From Eledone cirrhosa (taxonomy: Eukaryota), in contig OZ024752.1 of the NCBI GenBank assembly GCA_964016885.1, positions 17,794,001 to 17,858,000 on the forward strand: 64,000 nucleotides of DNA, written 5' to 3'. The notes under the pieces are model-generated. The model did not search any database. It was not told the DNA's origin and saw nothing but the letters and a program-made list of their open reading frames with translations. A program made the translations under genes and the position numbers. This document shows, piece by piece, positions 1 through 11,840 of the stretch (position 1 is its first letter; the number at the start of each line of letters is the position of its first letter).

Positions 1-1169
1 CTAACTCCTTCTTATATGGTCTACAACTCCACCATTCTAATTCCTTCTTATATGGTCTACAACTCCACCATTCTAACTCTTTCTTATATGGTCTACAACT
101 CCACCATTCTAACTCCTTCTTATATGGTCTACAACTCCACCATTCTAACTCCTTCGTATATGGTCTACAACTCCACCATTCTAACTCCTTCTTATATGGT
201 GTACAACTCCACCATTCTAATTGCTTCTTATATGGTCTACAACTGCACCATTCTAACTCTTTCTTATATGGTCTACAACTCCACCATTCTAACTCCTTCG
301 TATATGGTCTACAACTCCACCATTCTAACTCCTTATATGGTGTACAACTCCACCATTCTAACTCCGTCTTATATGGTGTACAACTCCACCATTCTAATTC
401 CTTCTTATATGGTCTACAACACCACCATTCTAACTCCTTCTTATATGGTCTACAACTCCACCATTCTAACTCCTTCTTATATGATCTACAACTCCACCAT
501 TCTAATTCCTTCTTATATTGTCTACAACTCCACCATTTAATCTCCTTCTTATATGGTGTACAACTCCACCATTCTAACTCCTTCTTATATGGTGTACAAC
601 TCCACCATTCTAACTCCTTCTTATATGGTGTACAACTCCACCATTCTAACTCCTTCTTATATGGTCTACGACTCCACTATTCTAATTCCTTCTTATATCG
701 TCTACAACTCCACTATTCTAACTCCTTCTTATATGGTATACAACTACACCATTCTAATTCCTTCTTATATGGTCTACAACTCCACCATTCTAACTCCTTC
801 TTATATGGTCTACAACTCCACCATTCTAATTCCTTCATATATGGTCTACAACTCCACCATACTAACTCCTTCTTATATGGTGTACAACTCCACCATTCTA
901 ATTACTTCTTATATGGTCTACAACTCCAACATTCTAACTCTTTCTTATATGTTCTACAACTCCACCATTCTAACTCCTTCTTATATGGTCTACAACTCCA
1001 CCATTCTAACTCCTTCGTATATGGTCTACAACTCCACCATTCTAACTCCTTATATGGTCTACAACTCCACCATTCTAACTCCGTCTTATATGGTCTACAA
1101 CTCCACCATTCTAACTCCTTCTTATATGGTCTACAACTCTACCATTCTAACTCATTCTTATATGGTCTA

Positions 1170-4100
1170 CAACTCCACCATTCTAATTCCTCCTTATATG
1201 GTCTACAACTCCACCATTCTAATTCCTTCTCATATGGTGTACAACTCCACCATTCTAACTCCTTCATATGTGGTCTACAACTACACCATTCTAACTCCTT
1301 TTTATATGGTGTACAACTCCACCATTCTAACTCCTTCTTATATGGTCTACAACTCCACCATTCTAACTCCTTCTTATATGGTCTACAACTCCACCATTCT
1401 AACTCCTTCTTATATGGTCTACAACTCCCCCATTCTAATTGTTCTTATATGGTCTACAACTCCACCATTCTAACTCCTTCTTATATGGTCTACAACTCCA
1501 CCATTCTAACTCCTTCTTATATGGTCTACAACTCTACCATTCTAACTCATTCTTATATGGTCTACAACTCCACCATTCTAATTCCTCCTTATATGGTCTA
1601 CAACTCCACCATTCTAATTCCTTCTTATATGGTGTACAACTCCACCATTCTAACTCCTTCATATGTGGTCTACAACTCCACCATTCTAACTCCTTTTTAT
1701 ATGGTGTACAACTCCACCATTCTAATTCCTTCTTATATGGTCTACAACTCCACCATTCTAACTCCTTCATATATGGTCTACAACTCCACCATTCTAACTC
1801 CTTCTTATATGGTCTACAACTCCACCATTCTAATTCCTTCTTATATGGTCTACAACTCCACCATTCTAATTCCTTCTTATATGGTCTACAACTCCACCAT
1901 TCTAACGCCTTCTTATATGGTCTACAACTCCACCATTCTAACACCTTCTTATATGGTGTACAACTCCACCATTCTAACTCCTTCTTATATGGTCTACAAC
2001 TCCACCATTCTAACTCCTTCTTATATGGTCTACAACTCCACCATTCTAATTCCTTCTTATATGGTCTACAACTCCACCATTCTAATTCCTTCTTATATGG
2101 TCTACAACTCCACCATTCTAATTCCTTCTTATATGGTCTACAACTCCACCATTCTAATTCCTTCTTATATGGTCTACAACTCCACCATTCTAACTCCTTC
2201 TTATATGGTCTACAACTCCACCATTCTAACTCCTTCTTATATGGTCTACAACTGCACCATTCTAACTCCTTCTTATATGGTCTACAACTCCACCATTCTA
2301 ACTCCTTCTTATATGGTGTACAACTCCACCATTCTAACTCCTTCTTATATGGTGTACAACTCCACCATTCTAATTCCTTCTTATATGGTCTACAACTCCA
2401 CCATTCTAATTCCTTCTTATATGGTCTACAACTCCACCATTCTAACTCCTTCTTATATGGTGTACAACTCCACCATTCTAATTCCTTCTTATATGGTCTA
2501 CAACTCCACCATTCTAACTCCTTCTTATATGGTCTACAACTCCCCCATTCTAATTCCTTGCTATATCGTCTACAACTACACTATTCTAACTCCTTCTTAT
2601 ATGGTCTACAACTCCACCATTCTATCTCCTTCTTATATGGTCTACAACTCCACCATGCTAACTCCTTCTTATATGGTCTACAACTCTACCATTCTAACTC
2701 ATTCTTATATGTTCTACAACTCCACCATTCTAACTCCTTCTTATATGGTCTACAACTCCACCATTCTAACTCCTTCTTATATGGTCTACAACACCACCAT
2801 TCTAATTCCTTCTTATATGGTCTACAACTACACTATTCTAACTCCTTCTTATATGGTCTACAACTCCACCATTCTAATTCCTTCTTATATGGTCTACAAC
2901 TCCACCATTCTAACTCCTTCATATATGGTCTACAACTCCACCATTCTAACTCCTTCTTATATGGTCTACAACTCCACCATTCTAACTCCTTCTTATATGG
3001 TCTACAACTCCACCATTCTATCTCCTTCTTATATGGTCTACAACTCTACCATTCTAACTCATTCTTATCTGGTCTACAACTCCACCATTCTAACTCCTTC
3101 TTATATGGTCTACAACTCCACCATTCTAACTCCTTCTTATATGGTGTACAACTCCACCATTCTAACTCCTTCTTATATGGTCTACAACTCCACCATTCTA
3201 ACTCCTTCTTATATGGTGTACAACTCCACCATTCTAACTCATTCTTATATGGTCTACAACTCCACCATTCTAACTCCTTCTTATATGGTGTACAACTCCA
3301 CCATTCTAACTCCTTCTTATATGGTCTACAACTCCACCATTCTAACTCCTTCTTATATGGTCTACAACTCCACCATTCTAACTCCTTCTTATATGGTCTA
3401 CAATTCCACCATTCTAATTCCTTCTTATATGGTCTACAACTCCACCATCTTATCTCCTTCTTATATGGTGTACAACTCCACCATTCTAACTCCTTCTTAT
3501 ATGGTGTACAACTCCACCATTCTAACTCCTTCTTATATGGTGTACAACTCCACCATTCTAATTCCTTCTTATATGGTCTACAACTCCACCATTCTAACTC
3601 CTTCTTATATGGTCTACGACTCCACTATTCTAATTCCTTCTTATATGGTCTACAACTCCACTATTCTAACTCCTTCTTATATGGTCTACAACTACACCAT
3701 TCTAATTCCTTCTTATATGGTCTACAACTCCACCATTCTAATTCCTTCTTATATGGTGTACAACTCCACCATTCTAACTCCTTCTTATATGGTCTACAAC
3801 TCCACCATTCTAACTCTTTCTTATATGGTTTACAACTGCACCATTCTAACTCCTTCTTATATGGTCTACAACTCCACCATTCTAACCCCTTCGTATATGG
3901 TCTACAACTCCACCATTCTAACTCCTTATATGGTCTACAACTCCACCATTCTAACTCCGTCTTATATGGTGTACAACTCCACCATTCTAATTCCTTCTTA
4001 TATGGTCTACAACACCACCATTCTAATTCCTTCTTATATGGTCTACAACTCCACCATTCTAACTCCTTCATATATGGTCTACAACTCCACCATTCTAACT

Positions 4101-7100
4101 CCTTCTTATATGGTCTACAACTCCACCATTCTAACTCTTCTTATATGGTCTACAACTCCACCATTCTAACTCCTTCTTATATGGTCTACAACTCCACCAT
4201 TCTAACTCATTCTTATATGGTCTACAACTCCACCATTCTAACTCCTTCTTATATGGTCTACAACTCCACCATTCTAACTCCTTCTTATATGGTCTACAAC
4301 TCCACCATTCTAACTCCTTCTTATATAGTGTACAACTCCACCATTCTAACTCCTTCTTATATGGTGTACATCTTCACCATTCTAACTCCTTCATATATGG
4401 TCTACAACTCCACCATTCTAACTCCTTCTTATATGGTCTACAACTCCACCATTCTAACTCTTTCTTATATGCTGTACAACTCCACCATTCTAACTCTTTC
4501 TTATATGGTCTACAACTCCACCATTCTAACTCATTCTTATATGGTCTACAACTCCACCATTCTAACTCCTTCTTATATGGTCTACAACTCCACCATTCTA
4601 ACTCCTTCTTATATGGTCTACAACTCCACCATTCTAATTCCTTCTTGTATGGTGTACAACTCCACCATACTAACTCCTTCATATATGGTCTACAACTCCA
4701 CCATTCTAACTCCTTCTTATATGGTGTACAACTCCACCATTCTAATTGCTTCTTATATGGTCTACAACTCCACCATTCTAACTCTTTCTTATATGGTCTA
4801 CAACTCCACCATTCTAATTGCTTCTTATATGGTCTACAACTCCACCATTCTAACTCTTTCTTATATGGTCTACAACTCCACCATTCTAACTCCTTCTTAT
4901 ATGGTCTACAACTCCACCATTCTAACTCCTTCTTATATAGTGTACAACTCCACCATTCTAACTCCTTATATTGTGTACAACTCCACCATTCTAACTCCTT
5001 CTTATATGGTCTACAACTCCACAATTCTAACTCCTTCTTATATGGTCTACAACTCCACCATTCTAATTCCTTCTTATATGGTCTACAACTCCACCATTCT
5101 AATTCCTTCTTATATGGTGTACAACTCCACCATTCTAACTCCTTCATATATGGTCTACAACTCCACCATTCTAACTCCTTCTTATATGGTGTACAACTCC
5201 ACCATTCTAATTCCTTCTTATATGGTTTACAACTCCACCATTCTAACTCTTTCTTATATGGTCTACAACTCCACCATTCTAACTCCTTCTTATATGGTCT
5301 ACAACTCCACCATTCTAACTCCTTCGTATATGGTCTACAACTCCACGATTCTAACTCCTTATATGGTCTACAACTCCACCATTCTAACTCCATCTTATAT
5401 GGTGTACAACTCCACCATTCTAATTCCTTCTTATATGGTCTACAACTCCACCATTCTAATTCCTTCTTATATGGTCTACAACTCCACCATTCTAACTCCT
5501 TCATATATGGTCTACAACTCCACCATTCTAACTCCTTCTTATATGGTCTACAACTCCACCATTCTAACTCTTTCTTATATGGTGTACAACTCCACCATTC
5601 TAAATCTTTCTTATATGGTCTACAACTCCACCATTCTAACTCATTCTTATATGGTCTACAACTCCACCATTCTAACTCCTTCTTATATGGTCTACAACTC
5701 CACCATTCTAACTCCTTCTTATATGGTCTACAACTACACCATTCTAATTCCTTCTTATATGGTGTACAACTCCACCATTCTAACTCCTTCATATATGGTC
5801 TACAACTCCACCATTCTAACTCCTTCTTATATGGTGTACAACTCCACCATTCTAATTCCTTCTTATATGGTCTACAACTCCACCATTCTAACTCCTTCTT
5901 ATATGGTCTACAACTCCACCATTCTAATTCCTTCTTATATGGTCTACAACTCCACCATTCTAACTCCTTCTTATATGGTGTACAACTCCACCATTCTAAT
6001 TCCTCCTTATATGGTCTACAACTCCACCATTCTAATTCCTTCTCATATGGTGTACAACTCCACCATTCTAACTCCTTCATATGTGGTCTACAACTACACC
6101 ATTCTAACTCCTTTTTATATGGTGTACAACTCCACCATTCTAACTCCTTCTTATATGGTCTACAACTCCACCATTCTAACTCCTTCTTATATGGTCTACA
6201 ACTCCACCATTCTAACTCCTTCTTATATGGTCTACAACTCCCCCATTCTAATTGTTCTTATATGGTCTACAACTCCACCATTCTAACTCCTTCTTATATG
6301 GTCTACAACTCCACCATTCTAACTCCTTCTTATATGGTCTACAACTCTACCATTCTAACTCATTCTTATATGGTCTACAACTCCACCATTCTAATTCCTC
6401 CTTATATGGTCTACAACTCCACCATTCTAATTCCTTCTTATATGGTGTACAACTCCACCATTCTAACTCCTTCATATGTGGTCTACAACTCCACCATTCT
6501 AACTCCTTTTTATATGGTGTACAACTCCACCATTCTAATTCCTTCTTATATGGTCTACAACTCCACCATTCTAACTCCTTCATATATGGTCTACAACTCC
6601 ACCATTCTAACTCCTTCTTATATGGTCTACAACTCCACCATTCTAATTCCTTCTTATATGGTCTACAACTCCACCATTCTAATTCCTTCTTATATGGTCT
6701 ACAACTCCACCATTCTAACGCCTTCTTATATGGTCTACAACTCCACCATTCTAACACCTTCTTATATGGTGTACAACTCCACCATTCTAACTCCTTCTTA
6801 TATGGTCTACAACTCCACCATTCTAACTCCTTCTTATATGGTCTACAACTCCACCATTCTAATTCCTTCTTATATGGTCTACAACTCCACCATTCTAATT
6901 CCTTCTTATATGGTCTACAACTCCACCATTCTAATTCCTTCTTATATGGTCTACAACTCCACCATTCTAATTCCTTCTTATATGGTCTACAACTCCACCA
7001 TTCTAACTCCTTCTTATATGGTCTACAACTCCACCATTCTAACTCCTTCTTATATGGTCTACAACTGCACCATTCTAACTCCTTCTTATATGGTCTACAA

Positions 7101-9213
7101 CTCCACCATTCTAACTCCTTCTTATATGGTGTACAACTCCACCATTCTAACTCCTTCTTATATGGTGTACAACTCCACCATTCTAATTCCTTCTTATATG
7201 GTCTACAACTCCACCATTCTAATTCCTTCTTATATGGTCTACAACTCCACCATTCTAACTCCTTCTTATATGGTGTACAACTCCACCATTCTAATTCCTT
7301 CTTATATGGTCTACAACTCCACCATTCTAACTCCTTCTTATATGGTCTACAACTCCCCCATTCTAATTCCTTGCTATATCGTCTACAACTACACTATTCT
7401 AACTCCTTCTTATATGGTCTACAACTCCACCATTCTATCTCCTTCTTATATGGTCTACAACTCCACCATGCTAACTCCTTCTTATATGGTCTACAACTCT
7501 ACCATTCTAACTCATTCTTATATGTTCTACAACTCCACCATTCTAACTCCTTCTTATATGGTCTACAACTCCACCATTCTAACTCCTTCTTATATGGTCT
7601 ACAACACCACCATTCTAATTCCTTCTTATATGGTCTACAACTACACTATTCTAACTCCTTCTTATATGGTCTACAACTCCACCATTCTAATTCCTTCTTA
7701 TATGGTCTACAACTCCACCATTCTAACTCCTTCATATATGGTCTACAACTCCACCATTCTAACTCCTTCTTATATGGTCTACAACTCCACCATTCTAACT
7801 CCTTCTTATATGGTCTACAACTCCACCATTCTATCTCCTTCTTATATGGTCTACAACTCTACCATTCTAACTCATTCTTATCTGGTCTACAACTCCACCA
7901 TTCTAACTCCTTCTTATATGGTCTACAACTCCACCATTCTAACTCCTTCTTATATGGTGTACAACTCCACCATTCTAACTCCTTCTTATATGGTCTACAA
8001 CTCCACCATTCTAACTCCTTCTTATATGGTGTACAACTCCACCATTCTAACTCATTCTTATATGGTCTACAACTCCACCATTCTAACTCCTTCTTATATG
8101 GTGTACAACTCCACCATTCTAACTCCTTCTTATATGGTCTACAACTCCACCATTCTAACTCCTTCTTATATGGTCTACAACTCCACCATTCTAACTCCTT
8201 CTTATATGGTCTACAATTCCACCATTCTAATTCCTTCTTATATGGTCTACAACTCCACCATCTTATCTCCTTCTTATATGGTGTACAACTCCACCATTCT
8301 AACTCCTTCTTATATGGTGTACAACTCCACCATTCTAACTCCTTCTTATATGGTGTACAACTCCACCATTCTAATTCCTTCTTATATGGTCTACAACTCC
8401 ACCATTCTAACTCCTTCTTATATGGTCTACGACTCCACTATTCTAATTCCTTCTTATATGGTCTACAACTCCACTATTCTAACTCCTTCTTATATGGTCT
8501 ACAACTACACCATTCTAATTCCTTCTTATATGGTCTACAACTCCACCATTCTAATTCCTTCTTATATGGTGTACAACTCCACCATTCTAACTCCTTCTTA
8601 TATGGTCTACAACTCCACCATTCTAACTCTTTCTTATATGGTTTACAACTGCACCATTCTAACTCCTTCTTATATGGTCTACAACTCCACCATTCTAACC
8701 CCTTCGTATATGGTCTACAACTCCACCATTCTAACTCCTTATATGGTCTACAACTCCACCATTCTAACTCCGTCTTATATGGTGTACAACTCCACCATTC
8801 TAATTCCTTCTTATATGGTCTACAACACCACCATTCTAATTCCTTCTTATATGGTCTACAACTCCACCATTCTAACTCCTTCATATATGGTCTACAACTC
8901 CACCATTCTAACTCCTTCTTATATGGTCTACAACTCCACCATTCTAACTCTTCTTATATGGTCTACAACTCCACCATTCTAACTCCTTCTTATATGGTCT
9001 ACAACTCCACCATTCTAACTCATTCTTATATGGTCTACAACTCCACCATTCTAACTCCTTCTTATATGGTCTACAACTCCACCATTCTAACTCCTTCTTA
9101 TATGGTCTACAACTCCACCATTCTAACTCCTTCTTATATAGTGTACAACTCCACCATTCTAACTCCTTCTTATATGGTGTACATCTTCACCATTCTAACT
9201 CCTTCATATATGG
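1170..9213. repeat. Higher-order tandem duplication, period 4813 bp (134 monomers); 1170-4400 matches 5983-9213
   Basis: Diagnostic variants recur at +4813: tcctcc 1188/6001, ttgctatatcg 2558/7371, acatcttc 4368/9181. ORF pairs 1439/6252, 1534/6347, 3661/8474. 134x36-11=4813, matching three 33-mers and two 35-mers. Confidence 0.93.
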
Positions 9214-11840
9214 TGTACAACTCCACCATTCTAACTCCTTCATATGTGGTCTACAACTCCACCATTCTAACTCCTTTTTATATGGTGTACAACTCCACCA
9301 TTCTAATTCCTTCTTATATGGTCTACAACTCCACCATTCTAACTCCTTCATATATGGTCTACAACTCCACCATTCTAACTCCTTCTTATATGGTCTACAA
9401 CTCCACCATTCTAATTCCTTCTTATATGGTCTACAACTCCACCATTCTAATTCCTTCTTATATGGTCTACAACTCCACCATTCTAACGCCTTCTTATATG
9501 GTCTACAACTCCACCATTCTAACACCTTCTTATATGGTGTACAACTCCACCATTCTAACTCCTTCTTATATGGTCTACAACTCCACCATTCTAACTCCTT
9601 CTTATATGGTCTACAACTCCACCATTCTAATTCCTTCTTATATGGTCTACAACTCCACCATTCTAATTCCTTCTTATATGGTCTACAACTCCACCATTCT
9701 AATTCCTTCTTATATGGTCTACAACTCCACCATTCTAATTCCTTCTTATATGGTCTACAACTCCACCATTCTAACTCCTTCTTATATGGTCTACAACTCC
9801 ACCATTCTAACTCCTTCTTATATGGTCTACAACTGCACCATTCTAACTCCTTCTTATATGGTCTACAACTCCACCATTCTAACTCCTTCTTATATGGTGT
9901 ACAACTCCACCATTCTAACTCCTTCTTATATGGTGTACAACTCCACCATTCTAATTCCTTCTTATATGGTCTACAACTCCACCATTCTAATTCCTTCTTA
10001 TATGGTCTACAACTCCACCATTCTAACTCCTTCTTATATGGTGTACAACTCCACCATTCTAATTCCTTCTTATATGGTCTACAACTCCACCATTCTAACT
10101 CCTTCTTATATGGTCTACAACTCCCCCATTCTAATTCCTTGCTATATCGTCTACAACTACACTATTCTAACTCCTTCTTATATGGTCTACAACTCCACCA
10201 TTCTATCTCCTTCTTATATGGTCTACAACTCCACCATGCTAACTCCTTCTTATATGGTCTACAACTCTACCATTCTAACTCATTCTTATATGTTCTACAA
10301 CTCCACCATTCTAACTCCTTCTTATATGGTCTACAACTCCACCATTCTAACTCCTTCTTATATGGTCTACAACACCACCATTCTAATTCCTTCTTATATG
10401 GTCTACAACTACACTATTCTAACTCCTTCTTATATGGTCTACAACTCCACCATTCTAATTCCTTCTTATATGGTCTACAACTCCACCATTCTAACTCCTT
10501 CATATATGGTCTACAACTCCACCATTCTAACTCCTTCTTATATGGTCTACAACTCCACCATTCTAACTCCTTCTTATATGGTCTACAACTCCACCATTCT
10601 ATCTCCTTCTTATATGGTCTACAACTCTACCATTCTAACTCATTCTTATCTGGTCTACAACTCCACCATTCTAACTCCTTCTTATATGGTCTACAACTCC
10701 ACCATTCTAACTCCTTCTTATATGGTGTACAACTCCACCATTCTAACTCCTTCTTATATGGTCTACAACTCCACCATTCTAACTCCTTCTTATATGGTGT
10801 ACAACTCCACCATTCTAACTCATTCTTATATGGTCTACAACTCCACCATTCTAACTCCTTCTTATATGGTGTACAACTCCACCATTCTAACTCCTTCTTA
10901 TATGGTCTACAACTCCACCATTCTAACTCCTTCTTATATGGTCTACAACTCCACCATTCTAACTCCTTCTTATATGGTCTACAATTCCACCATTCTAATT
11001 CCTTCTTATATGGTCTACAACTCCACCATTCTAACTCCTTCTTATATGGTCTACGACTCCACTATTCTAATTCCTTCTTATATGGTCTACAACTCCACTA
11101 TTCTAACTCCTTCTTATATGGTCTACAACTACACCATTCTAATTCCTTCTTATATGGTCTACAACTCCACCATTCTAATTCCTTCTTATATGGTGTACAA
11201 CTCCACCATTCTAACTCCTTCTTATATGGTCTACAACTCCACCATTCTAACTCTTTCTTATATGGTTTACAACTGCACCATTCTAACTCCTTCTTATATG
11301 GTCTACAACTCCACCATTCTAACCCCTTCGTATATGGTCTACAACTCCACCATTCTAACTCCTTATATGGTCTACAACTCCACCATTCTAACTCCGTCTT
11401 ATATGGTGTACAACTCCACCATTCTAATTCCTTCTTATATGGTCTACAACACCACCATTCTAATTCCTTCTTATATGGTCTACAACTCCACCATTCTAAC
11501 TCCTTCATATATGGTCTACAACTCCACCATTCTAACTCCTTCTTATATGGTCTACAACTCCACCATTCTAACTCTTCTTATATGGTCTACAACTCCACCA
11601 TTCTAACTCCTTCTTATATGGTCTACAACTCCACCATTCTAACTCATTCTTATATGGTCTACAACTCCACCATTCTAACTCCTTCTTATATGGTCTACAA
11701 CTCCACCATTCTAACTCCTTCTTATATGGTCTACAACTCCACCATTCTAACTCCTTCTTATATAGTGTACAACTCCACCATTCTAACTCCTTCTTATATG
11801 GTGTACATCTTCACCATTCTAACTCCTTCATATATGGTCT
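6445..11840. repeat. Nested tandem duplication, period 2768 bp (77 monomers), second copy missing 4 monomers near 11000
   Basis: catatgtg 6473/9241 and ttgctatatcg 7371/10139 are offset 2768. Downstream the offset drops to 2624 (ORFs 8474/11098, ORF ends 8982/11606), a loss of 144 bp. Confidence 0.9.

Noticed and set aside
13-18. TATA-like TTATAT and antisense AAGGAG (Shine-Dalgarno-like) motifs in each monomer
   Set aside because: Short chance matches repeated with the monomer; no gene context or supporting elements.
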